A stretch of DNA of 64,000 nucleotides from Octopus vulgaris (GCA_951406725.2 OX597827.1:22072001-22136000); one strand, 5' to 3'. Positions 1-12,831 are shown, counted from the first letter of the stretch. Numbers and translations are program-made. Notes: generated by a model not told the origin, from the letters alone.

Positions 1-899
1 GACATTAACCCTTTGGCATTCGGATTGCTCTCGTCAAATGCAGTGCTTATTTTTTCATGTTATTTTAAAATTAATCATAGTCAAAACTATGGAAAAGGTT
101 GCAAGACGCAACAAAAATTTTAGGACAATAAAAATAAGAAAAAAGTGGAAATTTTACCGGTGAGTGTGTTATATTATAAGGTACAAAAAGAAAATGACTC
201 TCCCCAGGCACAACGGAATAATCATGAATTATTTTGTAGCTTTGAGATTTCAGTGACGTGACTATTTTTAGAATGAGGTGTGAGAGGCCGGATCTTATTG
301 GTTTGAACACAAAACAGTATTTGGGTTGGATGTGGTAAGTTTAAGTACCAAAGAGCTAATAACCCTGCAAGATCACATATCATCATCATCATAATCATCG
401 TTATGATCATGTGCAATTGTTTCTCTGTGTTACTTTCTATGTTAATTACTGATGTGCACATCATGTATTTCTGTGTGTGTTTGTCACCATTTGTGTATAA
501 TTATGCGAATCAATAAAATGTTGTTTTGATTCAGTTCTGCTCTGACCTGGCAGATCTCTAGTGAAAAGGGTTTCCAGCTATGACCACCCCTTCTCTTTGT
601 AAATCAGAGATTATGTTGTCCAATCTTTTCTTCTTTCTTAAAGAATATAGGGCAAGTATCATTGGAGGGTGATTTAGCTGCTAATTTTAGCTGTTCAAGT
701 AATTCTCCCACAATAAAATGGATGCAATACAGTAGGTTGGTTAGGAAAATGCAGGTGAATAGGGATTTGTAGAGAGATGAAAGGATTGAGTGGTGGGGAT
801 GTTATAGCAAAAAGGGACCCGGGTTAATGAGGATGCACTTGAACAGGGGTTTATAAACTACTCCTGAGAATAAGTGTCTTTAATTCAATTATTGGTTAA

Positions 900-1111
900 C
901 CCTTTCGTTACTGTATTTTGAGATGCTCTGTGTTTCTTTCAATTACTTTAAATATAACAAAGAATTCAGTAAAATAACTTAGTTATCATTAAGCTAGTGT
1001 TAGGAACATGAATTGTGACTAAGGTTTTTGGTGGAAGATTTTAATTCAGATCATTTGAAAACAAGACCTACAGAGTCAGAGCTGGTTTCAGCCAGGTTGG
1101 TATCAAAAGGG
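900..1111. mobile_element. TTAA-flanked MITE (piggyBac-like), family A
   Basis: TTAA|CCCTTTCGTTAC...GTATCAAAAGGG|TTAA; reverse-complement homolog of 20987-21203. Confidence 0.8.
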
Positions 1112-2489
1112 TTAATTTTATTAAAATATTTATTAATCCTTTGATTTTCGCTTACTGTCTTCAGGGTTCAGTAAATAAAGTACCAGCCATGTATTAGGGT
1201 TGATGTGCTGTTACACAATCCAATGACAAGTACCTGTAAGGAGAAAAAAGTGATATCATCATCATTCGTCATTCAAAGTCTATGCTTGCACGGGTTGGAC
1301 TGTTTGACAAGAGCTGGCAAGCCGGGGAGCTGTTCCAGGGGTTTCATTGTCTGCTTTTGCATGGTTCCTATGGCTAGATACCCTTCCTAATGGCAACCAC
1401 TTCACATAGTGGCATCAACACTGGTGCTTTCTGCATAGCACCAGCAGGGTTGCCAAGTCACTTGCAAGATGAAGGCCTCTCAGCTGGGAGATGGAATGGA
1501 ACCAAAGGAAGTGGTGTGTGCCACATGAGAGGTTAGAGTGTAATAGAGAGACAGAGCTAGGTGGTTTACTGTAGAGGAGATACTTGGCTACCCCAAGAGG
1601 AAAATAAAGGAGAAGAAGGGGAGAGAAAGTAAGCGGGGATGAGAGAGAGATATAGATGGTGTTGGGGACACATTGGGACCTACCCTTATGGAACAGTGGG
1701 TGGGGGTGAGTATAAGTAGTACAGAGGGGATAGAGGTGAATGTTCCATGAGAGTGAGAGGGGAGGTGTTTAGAGATGAGGAAGAGGTGACTGTAGTAAGT
1801 GATGGCAAAAGAAATTGGAGTGGGTAGGAGGTGGGGTAGGGTAGATATGTGAAGGCATGGAGAGTGTGTGGGTAGGTATGTGAGGCAGAGTGGAGGGGAC
1901 CTGCAGCAGATGGTGGTCATGGGTTATGGGTAGTTTTGAAAGAGGACAGATTATGTGTGTGTGTGAGAGAGGGTGCATGGCCATAAAGGACGTTGTCTAT
2001 ATGTAGGGATGGCCATCATTTTACTTAGCTTGCTGTGTCTTCTGAAGCACAGAAAATCACCAGAAGTCTTGTTCCCTTGTTATCTTCTCTGTGGGGCTCA
2101 ACATCTAAACAGCCTTTCTCACACCTTCCTGGGCCTGCCTCTTCCACAATTAGAGATTGGGGCTGATTTATTCTGGCAGTGCCAAACCCCTTGTCCAATG
2201 AGTCCACAACTGCATCAGCTCATGCATATCTTGTTTTGGGAGTGCCAGCTCAGACTGTCTGGCCATGTGGCTTGGTTTTCTGAATCCCTACTTACTGTGT
2301 TTTCCCCATTGAGGATCCAGCTGGGTTGACAGCTCGTGTTGGTCAGCCAGATGAGGAGGTATCTTGTGCAGGTGGGGACTGACTGGGACTCTGCTTGACA
2401 GGTCATCCAGGAAGACCTGAGAATATACTAACAAATGGTGAAGCAACGTACTACAATGGTGCACGCCCCCCCCCCCAACACCTCATCTC

Positions 2490-2750
2490 ACCTGACTGCT
2501 TTAAACAGCTGTCCTCATCCATATGTGTCACATGACCACAACAATGCACTGGTCTCTCTTGGACACTACATCTAATGCCTTTTACAACCAATTTTTCTCT
2601 TACTTTGTCATACATGCACACTGACATTGTACATCCAGTGGATTGTTCCACCTTCATTTCTTTCAAGCCATTGCATGTCCCCTGCAATCGCAGCCCATGT
2701 GTTTCACTGCCATGTTGCATAGTTATCCATACACAGGCATCATGCAGTCT
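2490..2750 (-). mobile_element. Decayed RTE-clade LINE ORF2 C-terminal fragment
   Basis: HGSET...REKL..KGIRCSVQER...GHVTHMDEDSCLK; homologous to 59475-59750. Confidence 0.8.
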
Positions 2751-4349
2751 CTAAGGTCTTTCTTTCATATTGGAAGGTTTTTTGATCTTATGTCATGATG
2801 GTCAGTAGCAGTAAACCTGTTGTAGAAAATCATGAAAGCAAGCCTTTCTTCTCATCTGTTTAATGTAGTTCATTATCTTCTTTAGTAATTTTCTGCTGTT
2901 TTAAGCTCATTTGATGATTGTCAGGATTTCCCATATTCAGCAGTTCAGGTTGTATTGATCCATGCTGTTAGATCCGTTTCATTTATAACTGTGCAAAGTG
3001 CTCAGATTTTATATATTTATGTATCACAAATCTAGTCAAGGGCTTTTGGTATATTGTCCATGAATCAAGTGATCATAGGTTGAGAAGTGAAAACAATATA
3101 TAGCAGCCTATAAATTGGTGTATTAGTAATTCAGAAAATAGTAAATATTCAGGATAGAAGCAGAAACCACCAGTTTCAAATCCATATTTCTTTTGAAAAT
3201 ATTTTGGGCTGAAAAATTCTGTCCATGTTGAGCGGGAAGTTTTTTTCAAAAGCAACCGTTTTGTTGACCTCTAACCTTCGGTCAACAAAATCATTGTAAG
3301 TAAAATTTGGTTGTTGGAAATAATGTGTTTGAGGGTGTGTGTGTGTTTGTATGTGTGTGGGTGGGTGCACATACATGTGTAAAATCTTAGCATTTTCCCA
3401 TGGCTGACACTGCTTTCAGCTTTTCTCTATTGGTGTTCTCAATGTTCCCATTTTTCATGGCTGTTACTTCCTTTCTTTCAGATGAATTTTTTGCTTACAA
3501 AAATGAAAGCAGAATCTCTCACCTCATACCTTGTTTAAAATAAAATACTGGATCCTGGAGTTTTCTGTCTACTATTTGCATAAAGATGGGTTGGATTTTG
3601 GCTATTAAAGTTTTGATCATAAGTTCACTGTATTAGTGTCGACCTGGGGGTCTAACCACCAACAATAACCATCACATATTTCTCTGTGGGTGTAATCGTA
3701 TTAATCAATAGACTTCAAGTTTATGATGTGAATAAACAGTTACAAGTAAATCAGTGAATAGTTGAGAAAAAGAAATCATCTTTATTATAAACCTTTTAAA
3801 TAAGTATCAGCTGAGTTTGACTTTATAAAACCTGACAGCTTTTATAAAGAGGAAGCTGTCACTTTGCCAGATCCTCGTTATTTATAGCTCCCTGATCTAA
3901 CTCTTCAGCTCTCCCCCACCACCCGCCTTTGTCTTCCCCAAGGACATACTGCATTCTTCTAATATGGTGTTTGTTGCTGTTACTACAGCAAGGTCAGTCA
4001 GTCAGTTGTTGGTTTGCCCTGCTGGTGCCCATTTGAAGTGACAGACTAATGTAAACACATTCGCCTAGACACAGGGACATAGGTAGCTAGGTAAGATAGC
4101 CAGGTAGGAATATAAAGAGGGAGGGACACAGGAATTGGATGTGCACAACATCTAATAATTTGGATTCCTTTAGCTATATCTTTGCTGTTTTGAACAAGGC
4201 ATGGGTGTCACACCAGCCCCCCCCCCCCCATAATAAATGGCTCTGTGTGTGTGCACATTGAATTTGTTATGTGGGATTAAGACTGAGAAATATAAAAGAG
4301 ACTTGCCAGTAATACACACACACACACACACACACACACGTACATAACT

Positions 4350-4700
4350 GCATGCATGGGTGTGTGATAAGAAGCTTGCTTCCCAACCACAAGGTTCCTG
4401 GTTCGGTCTCACTGCATGACACCTTGGGCGAGTGTCTTCTACTATAGCCTCAGACTGACCAAAGCCTTGTGAATGGATTTGGTAGACGGAAACTGAAAGA
4501 AGCCTGCCATTTGTGTGCCTGGGTTTATGTCCCTGTAACTTAGCAGTTTGCCAAAAGTGACTGATAGAATAAGTACCAGCTTTGAAAGAGAAAATAAGTG
4601 CTGGGGTTGATTCATGTGACTAGAAATTCTTGAAGGCAGTGCTCCAGCATGACCACAGTCTGAAGACTGAAACAAGTAAAAGAATAAAAGAAAGACAAAA
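4350..4700 (+). mobile_element. tRNA-derived SINE family 2 (diverged)
   Basis: cccaaccac...ggttc...accttgggc.agtgtcttctactatagcc...gactgaaacaagtaaaagaataaaaga. Confidence 0.8.
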
Positions 4701-4777
4701 AGATATATTTATATAGTAAGGTGGATGGATGGATGGATAGTCAAACACACTGACACATACACATGCTCACACACACG

Positions 4778-4812
<35 letters not shown>

Positions 4813-5096
4813 TCACACATTCTGGTAGACAAACAACCAAGCAGTCTTGAAAGAGAGTATCACATTAAGAAATAGAAAGAGAGAGAGAGATGGCTGTATG
4901 TGGTGAGGTCTTCTACTCTCTCCTCTCCTCTCTCTGTCGCTCTCTCTCCTCCCCTCCCCCTCCCTCCACGTGTCATGAATTCATACCCACTTTCCAAGTT
5001 GGTGTGGGTTGGACAGGTTGTCATGATCTGAGTCAGTTTTTATTTCTGAATCACTCTCCTCACATCCCTTAATGTTCAGAGATACCTGTGTGTGTG

Positions 5097-5128
<32 letters not shown>

Positions 5129-5635
5129 TGTGTCCGTCCACGCGTTTATAAAATAATTGCCATGGGAAAAGGGGTCTAATAACTAATCAAGCCATTTGCT
5201 GGTCATTCCAGATTGATGAGGAGGGTTGAGTCGGATGTTCTGTTTAAATTTCTAAGGTTCATACTTGTAGGTAAAAAGTAGGGGCAAAGAGAGAAATCAA
5301 AAGGTGGCACTGGGGAAGGGGGATAAGATATATGTCTACCTGCCTATCCACCTACCTATATACCTGTCTCCATGCTTATTTATCTTGCTGTCTACACAGT
5401 TACCTGTCTACACCCCATCTATCTATCCATCATTCCTTCTGTTCACTTTCTTTCTGCTTATGTATGTTAGTTTTTTTTCTTTTAATCCGGAGGGAAAGCC
5501 ATGCCCATCACCTATGACAGGATCTTCCACACAAGTGGGAGGAATCTCCTCTGCCAGGCTTGTCAACCTGACTTCACAACTTTGTCCCATGTCTTCCTTG
5601 TTGCCCCCTCTAAAAGTATATCGTTAACATCTATA

Positions 5636-5796
5636 GGTGCAGGCATGGCTGCATGGTAAGTTAGTTGCTTCCCAACCTCATGGTTCTGGGTTCAGTCCTA
5701 CTGTGTGGAAACTTGGGCAAGTGTCTTCTGCTACAGTTTTGAACTAATTAAAGCCTTGTTGGTTAATTTTTGCAGATAGAAACTGAAAGAAATTCA

Positions 5797-5828
<32 letters not shown>

Positions 5829-6003
5829 TTGTGTTTGTCTGTGTTTGTCCCCACCACTGTTTGACAGCTGGTGTTGGTGTGTTTACATCCCCATAACTTA
5901 GTGGTTCAGCAAAAGAGAACAATACAATAAGTACCAGACTCTAAAAATAAAGTACAGGGGTCCACCATTTTGACTAAAATTCTTCAAGGTTGTACCCCAG
6001 CAT
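5636..6003 (+). mobile_element. tRNA-derived SINE family 2 (diverged)
   Basis: A-box-like tggctgcatgg, B-box-like ggttcagtcc, internal (GT)n. Confidence 0.78.
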
Positions 6004-6553
6004 GTCTCCCACTCCTATTTTCCTTACATTCCCCCAAACTGAGACTTGCCATTGCCCACACTTCTCTGTTCACCCTTCAATGCTCTCATATCTGTCCTCA
6101 TCTCTCCTATCTGTCACTCCTTTCACACCCTTGCAAACATATCTATCCAATTAGCCATCCTCGATTCTCTACCCTTGTTCTCTCTCTATCCACCTTCTGG
6201 TACCATGAGGATATACCCTGATATTCAAATTCTGTTATCCTTTCTCCCTGCCTTGCTGAGGTGCCCATCCCTTTTCCCTAATTTAACCTCTCTTTACATG
6301 GCACAAAGCTACCTCCCATAATATTGCACTGTCATTCACTCAAGGGGTTTTGTCTTGTGAATCACTTGGTGACCCCATTAGTTGTGATGTCATGAGAAAA
6401 GCACGCAGTATGCTCTGCAAAATGATTGGCTTTAAGGAGAGCATCTGGCTGTAGACATTAGAGGTTTGTCAGATTGTGTCAACTCATCCAACCCCTGTCA
6501 GTATGAGATATGGATGTTAAATGATGATGATGGTTATATAATAAATATGTGCA

Positions 6554-6784
6554 AGGGTAGCGAGCTGGCAGAAACGTTAGCACGCCGGGCGAAATGCTTA
6601 GCGGTATTTCGTCTGTCGTTACGTTCTGAGTTCAAATTCTGCCGAGGTCGACTTTGCCTTTCATCCTTTCGGAGTCGATAAATTATGTACCAGTTTCACA
6701 CTGGGGTCGATGTAATCGACTTAATCCCTTTGTCTGTCCTTGTTTGTCCCCTCTATGTTTAGCCCCTTGTGGGTAGTAAAGAAA
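6554..6784 (+). mobile_element. tRNA-derived SINE family 1 with 19-bp TSD
   Basis: gagctggcagaaacgttagc...gagttcaaatt...ctttcatcctttcgg.gtcgataaa...gccccttgtgggtagtaaagaaa; TSD tatataataaatatgtgca at 6535-6553 and 6785-6803. Confidence 0.9.
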
Positions 6785-6907
6785 TATATAATAAATATGT
6801 GCATGTACAGATAACTTTAGGGATAGAACGATTGATTGATTGATTGATTGATTGATTGTCATCACCAACGTTGTCATCATCAACCACAATCTCCTCTTAT
6901 TTTCCAG

Positions 6908-6964
6908 ATGCCATCGCAGGTGATGAAAATATTCGAGTGACGACATCTTTGAAAAGTAAAAAAG
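6908..6964 (+). CDS. LMAN1: LMAN1 exon: (x)AIAGDENIRVTTSLKSKK(G)
   Basis: tttccag|AT...AAG|gttcga; 57 nt, phase 1/1; aligns with human NAIPSSDQIRVAPSLKSQRG; donor is weak. Confidence 0.9.
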
Positions 6965-7379
6965 GTTCGAACTGATCTTGTTTGTTTCCATTCCTCACTG
7001 CACACACACACACACATTCATTCACACTGACTTGTACACTGTGTGACACCTACACATATATATCAGGCAGTGCTCTGGCACATACATATACACATTCATA
7101 AAGTTACACATGACAATGGAGCACGCACACGCATACATACTACATGTAAACTGTTAGGTATCTACACAGGCACACATTGACACAATGTAACACACACACA
7201 TACACACACCACACGCATACTCTCTGCAGCACCTACAAAATAGCAGTTACATCTATAAATTTGTGCACACACACACACACACACACACACATTCTCATGT
7301 GCACCCACCACTTGCATGAATATGCACACACTGATGAGGCTGTAGTGACATATAACATGTTGTACAATGTTTGTTGCAG

Positions 7380-7477
7380 GTTGGGTGTGGACCAAAAATC
7401 CTGTCCCACATGACAATTGGGTCATTGAAGTGACCTTCCGGGTCACAGGCCGAGGAAGGGTTGGAGCTGATGGCTTG
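7380..7477 (+). CDS. LMAN1: LMAN1 exon: (G)WVWTKNPVPHDNWVIEVTFRVTGRGRVGADGL
   Basis: ttgcag|GT...TTG|gtaaat; 98 nt; includes the sugar-binding Asp of the GADG motif. Confidence 0.96.
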
Positions 7478-7864
7478 GTAAATCCTTTTCTATTGTTCTC
7501 CCTTTCTATGTTCTTCTCTCTATTTACACATCTCTGTCATTCTCTCTCTCTCTCTCTCTCTTTTCATTTTCTCTTTTACATCATTATTTCTACCTCATAT
7601 TACAGTTATTAATATGTTGCTTTCTTGCTCAAGGTGTCAGTTCAAATCCATCAATTATATTTGGTTCTGTTTCCTATCAGATCATCATATTCTGTATTAC
7701 CTACTTGTGAAGAGATTTCTTATCTGATTAATTATGTATTGCAGCCAGCACTATCACATACACACACACACACATACATGCACACACATACACATACATG
7801 CACACATGCACATACATACACATACATGCACACGACTAATATCATTTTGTCTTCTGACTGTCAG

Positions 7865-7972
7865 GCCATCTGGTACACACTGGATAAAGCAGTTGAAGGT
7901 CCTGTTTTTGGTAATATGGACAAATGGAATGGAATGGGACTTTTCTTTGACTCATTTGACAATGATGGGCAG
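7865..7972 (+). CDS. LMAN1: LMAN1 exon: AIWYTLDKAVEGPVFGNMDKWNGMGLFFDSFDNDGQ
   Basis: gtcag|GCC...CAG|gtaagt; 108 nt; DSFDND Ca2+/mannose loop. Confidence 0.97.
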
Positions 7973-8066
7973 GTAAGTTTTACAGTTCATGTTAGATTGT
8001 TTTCTTTTGGAATTAGAGACAGTCTTTTTACTAGAAATTCCCTCTAACTTCATTATTCTACAAAAC

Positions 8067-8097
<31 letters not shown>

Positions 8098-8397
8098 GAG
8101 TGAGAGAGCAGTACATGCCATGAAAGTGACACTGGGGTAAAATATACAAAGTCCAGTATACCCATCATGACTACCCGTCTGATAAGGGTACACAAGGCAC
8201 ATGCATCACAACCATATGTGCGCGACATGGTGATCTCATATCAAGATAAACAGTACATAACCTTGCAGGTGGAGCCCAGTTAGAAATTTTCGTCTGGTTG
8301 AATAACCCATTCCGCTCAAAAGGTCCCTGAATAAGGATTGATTAAGGATGTTGAACAAAACACCCATATTTCCAGAGGTGAATTGTTCAAACCCCAA
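8098..8397. mobile_element. Unclassified ~300-bp insertion inside an (ATT)n microsatellite
   Basis: complex sequence flanked by (att)n on both sides; class not determined. Confidence 0.55.
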
Positions 8398-8735
8398 ATT
8401 ATTATTATTATTATTATTATTATTTTATTTGATCAGAGGAATAAAGTGGTGCCATGACCTTTTCCGGGGCCTCCAAGACTGTGAAAGGAAGCAAGTTACC
8501 ATCAGACTGGTGACCTAGCTCAAATCCTTGTTGCAAAGTGACTCTTCTTGAGTCTTACAATGCCAGGTGATAACTCTACCAGTCAGGAAGGAAAACAGTT
8601 TGCCTGGTGACACTCACAACTGTTTCCGTCTCATAAGGCTGTGGTTGATCCAAAGGCTTATGCAGAAAACACACTTCTTTTTCATCATGATTTTTGGTGT
8701 CTGGATGCCCAACCACTGTAGCACATACACACACA

Positions 8736-8966
8736 ATCATCATCATCACCACCACCATCATCACCACCACCATCATCATCATCACCACTACCATCACCAC
8801 CACCACCATCATCATCACCACCATCATCATCACCACCATCACATCATCACCACCACCATCATCATCACCACCATCACCACCACCACCATCACCACCACCA
8901 CCATCATCATCACCACCATCATCATCACCACCATCATCATCACCACCATCACCATCAACATCATCA
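8736..8966. repeat. (CAC/CAT)n compound trinucleotide repeat, intronic
   Basis: about 230 bp, directly visible. Confidence 0.95.
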
Positions 8967-9062
8967 GTCCTTCAGTTTACTTCTGCTTTCATGTTGCTCC
9001 TGCTTGTCTCTTATTTTCTACAATCCTAACTACAACACTAGTCCACCATCATGTCACTTTCT

Positions 9063-9298
9063 TATTTCTTTATTGCCCACAGGGGGCCAAACATAGAAGG
9101 GACAAACAAGGACAGACAAATGAATTAAGACGGTTACATTGACTCCAGTGTGTAACTAGTACTTAATTTATCGACCCCGAAAGGATGAAAGGCAAAGTCG
9201 ACCTCGGCAGAATTTGAACTTAGAACGCAGCGGCAGACGATATACCGCAAAGCATTTCGCCCAGCATGCTAACGTTTCTGCCAGCTCCCCACCGCCTA
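9063..9298 (-). mobile_element. SINE family 1 with 9-bp TSD
   Basis: reverse complement of family 1; tcactttct at 9054-9062 and 9299-9307. Confidence 0.88.
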
Positions 9299-10110
9299 TC
9301 ACTTTCTGTCAAACTGTTGGCCTTCAGCTGGTGGCCCTGCATAATAAACCTCCTATTTTTCCCCTATAAGTTTCTCTCTCCTTTTCCCTCTTGTTAAAAG
9401 ATTCCTTTAGCACTTTTCTGGATCGCTGACTCTTCAATCACTCTTAAAACTCCCACATCTTCCTTCCCCAAACTCTCTCAAACCCCTTATTCCATCAAAT
9501 GTTATTTTGAATTCAGTAATCACTAACTTCTAGGGGCTGCTGTACATTCTTCAGCAAGGTAACATTTAGCACTGACAGCCAGTCTGTCTGTCCCAGTTTA
9601 TAGGGGAATTGAAGTTTGCTTGGCTTTTGTACTTGCCTAATTGCTTGGTTTTCGGGTATCTGGCTGCTTGCCAGATAAATGATAGTGAGTGAGTGTGTTT
9701 GTAATCACCATCATCATCTATTAATGTCTACTAAGGGTCATGGGTTGTAGAGGTCAACAAGATCCAACTAGCTAGAGGACTTCACCATTCTCCAATGCCT
9801 GCTTTGGTGTGGTTCCTGGAGCTGGGTTCTCTTCCTAATGTTAACCACTTTACAGAGGTAATATGACAGATACTCATAGTTTATAACTATGATAAATATT
9901 ACAAAGGATAAGAATCAATGGAAAAGAATATTATGCCCTATCCATAAAAATGGTACCAGAGAAGATGCTGGAATCTATTGACCTTTCTCCTGTCCCTCCC
10001 TCTAGTTGTATTTTCTGTCTCTCCTATTCTTTCTGCAAAGTGTCCTGATATTAAAGGAGTTCACTGCTAAAGGCTCTGGACAGTGTCCAAGTCTCATGAC
10101 TATAGAGCTG

Positions 10111-10500
10111 AATCATCTTACAAACAATAACTCTGAGCACCTTTTCAAACTCCACCTGTCTGATACCCGTGGACATGTTTACAAAGTTAGAAAATAGCAC
10201 AGCTCCCATGACTTTCGGAAACATTTTTTTCATGCTAAGAGTTGCTGAAGCATGGAACAAACTGCCGGCATCAGTTGTTAGTTGTCGGAGCACTGCATCC
10301 ATCAAAACTTCCATGCTTCCTGAGATTCGCCAACACTACACCTGATTTTCTCTCCTCCATACACACCCAAACATGTATCTGACTCATACACTGTTCGCTT
10401 CCCAGACATTTGTACATTACTGCATTATGCTTTATATGCACTTTTGACAAATTGTGGTGCACCTGAGCACTGTATACAATAATTTCATTATTATTATTAT
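10111..10500 (+). mobile_element. CR1/L2-group LINE 3' end
   Basis: TRGHVYKVRK...FF.LRVAEAWNKLPASVV motif, 3' UTR and (ATT)n tail. Confidence 0.88.
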
Positions 10501-11119
10501 AGGAAGGAGCAGAGAGCTAAAGATCTGAGTCCTTCTGCACAGATATTGGCAGCACCAAACATCCTTGTCCAATATATCTACAACTACACCAGTTCATCCA
10601 GGTTATTTTAGGACTTCAGACTCACAGCTGTTGCTACGAATCCTGCCAACGACTCTACTCAGAAACTAGGATAGATCCTGTTTCTTGTGTGATTCGGGAG
10701 TACCAGCTCACATTGTTTGGCCATGTTTGCTCAATTTTCCAAATTGGACCCTGTTTACTGTGTCCTCTTCACTGAGGATCTGGCTGGGTTGACTGCTTGA
10801 GTTGATTGACCACATGCTACATGGTCATAGCAGATGAGAAGGTATCTTGTGGAGACGGGAACTGACTGGGACCCTGCTCAAGGATTCATTCAGGAGGGCT
10901 ACACAGACATACATATACTGACAATTGATGAATGCTTCAACAATGGATACCCCTCAACCCCAATCTGACCATATTTTTTTCACATAGTGGGGGTTTTTGT
11001 TTCTCTCATTTTTCTTATTTATTAACTTATTGTTTCTGTGACACCCATTGCTCTTATTTTAATTTTAATTAATTTCTACTTTGCTTATAGTCTATTTTAA
11101 TCACAGACGAGATCTGTCT

Positions 11120-11467
11120 TATTCTGGACATTATTTACAATGAATGGATATGTGTCCTCATCTTGTTTGTTGTTACCACAACGGTTCGGCTGATTTACTC
11201 TCCAGCCTTCATCGGGTGTCTGGGTTGAATTTTGAACCCAACCCTGGGTTCTCATTCTAAAGATATTTTTTGTTGATATTGTTATTATTATTATCATTAT
11301 CATTATTTATTTAAGGCATTGCCTGGAATTGAACTCAAAATCTTGGTGTTAGCCTGTGCTCTTAACCATTATGCTATATGCTTGTGGCCATAACAACAAG
11401 ATGAGGACACATATCCATCAAATGTAAATAATATACAAGATTCCTCATTTCTAAAATATAGAACTGT
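11120..11467. mobile_element. Penelope-like element relic with inverted ends and a degenerate hammerhead motif
   Basis: inverted segments ~11129-11174 and ~11392-11433; minus strand gacac-ccgatga-a-ggctg..cagcc-gaac. Confidence 0.6.
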
Positions 11468-12172
11468 CTTATTCTGTCTGTTTTTATACCTGTTCCTACA
11501 ATTTTTACTATCCAATGTATATTTCTAATCTTTATTCCACTCACTAGTATTTATATACATTTCTCTTAGTTTAAAAAATAGTTGCCCAATTAGCTTCAAA
11601 TGTTTATTTGATGAGCTGGTAATTATAAATACTCATAAATTATTGCATTGTTCTCAGTACTCATGGATCTCTGACAAACAGTGATGCGAAACTCTGAGTA
11701 ACAGTGGAAGTTTTCTCTTAACAGTATCTAGTTTAGGGAATCACTATGTGGTCTCTTGACCTGCTAGAAATAGGACTCAAATCATCTTTGAATTACACCC
11801 TGTAGTCTTTCAGAAAGGGAAGATGCATTGAATAACGTAATCCTAGAGACTGTGTCTGTAAAATGATTGGGTGATCATAGTGAAAAGATTTATAAGTATT
11901 TGAGGTAGTTTATTCGGAAGAGCTTGAGACTGGAGATTTGAGTCTCCATATTTTGGCTTCTTGTAGTTCTGTGTATTTTTTCTTGATGTTCTCCACATTC
12001 TTTTTTTTTTTTTTGTGAAATGTGATTTAGGGAAATATGGGATATATTTTGTATAGTTGTTTTTGGTGAATTTGACTTCTCTACACGATCCTTTCATAGA
12101 TGTCTGAAAATACCAGCATTCAGTGAAACTGAACCTTAAATCCCATGCAATTAATTAATTATACCCAAAATG

Positions 12173-12504
12173 GAGTAAAGATTATTTGCCAACATAACAT
12201 GGCAGTCCTGGTTTAGGTAAATGTTGCTGTAATTTAGCTCCAGGAGACATCGTCTCCAGCTGGCTATACGACACAATCTGTGTCCTTATATTTTCAAACA
12301 AGGGAATCTATCACCCCCCACTCAGCTCAAAACAATATCTGTGAGTACCAGATTTTTGCAGAGTTTTGATTCCCTTGTTTGAAAATATAAGGACACAGAT
12401 CGTGTTGTATAACCAGCTGGAGATGATGTCTCTTGGGGCTAAATTTCAGCAACATTCGTCCTAAACCAGGACTGCCATGTTATGTTGGCAAACAACCTTT
12501 ACTC
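12173..12504. mobile_element. Foldback/MITE with ~136-bp inverted arms
   Basis: 12173-12308 vs 12368-12504, about 11 differences by eye, 59-nt spacer. Confidence 0.9.
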
Positions 12505-12769
12505 TAAAGTACTGTTGCTGAATATCTCATGTTGTGAGATTTGAAAATAGTAATTTTCTACACCCAAAATGTTTAAAACACTTGCAATTCCATATTTTCA
12601 AATTTTTCTCTAGAATACATTAAATATAAATCATTGAAGATTCTAGAAATAATCCTTTTTTTTTTTTTGTCTTTTGTTTTATAGTGTAGGAGGAGGGTGC
12701 AGGTTTTATTTAACTTTTTAATTACTGTGTGCTTATTTCCACTTTCTCTTTTTTGTCTTTTTTCATCAG

Positions 12770-12831
12770 CGAAATAATCCCTACATTCTTGTAATGCTAA
12801 ACAATGGTACGAGGGAGTATGACCACATGAA
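12770..12831 (+). CDS. LMAN1: LMAN1 exon: RNNPYILVMLNNGTREYDHM(N)
   Basis: long pyrimidine tract + catcag|CGA...AA|gtaagt; 62 nt; YDH motif. Confidence 0.96.

Noticed and set aside
6554-6650. tRNA gene (also at the other SINE heads)
   Set aside because: A/B boxes are present but there is no canonical cloverleaf; continues into a SINE body with TSDs
1-6907. LMAN1 first coding exon (signal peptide, FEYKxSFKGP)
   Set aside because: Searched by eye and not found; probably upstream of the window
8567-9142. Poly-His/Thr/Ile ORF and overlapping poly-Pro/Ser ORF
   Set aside because: Translations of an intronic (CAC/CAT)n repeat running into a SINE
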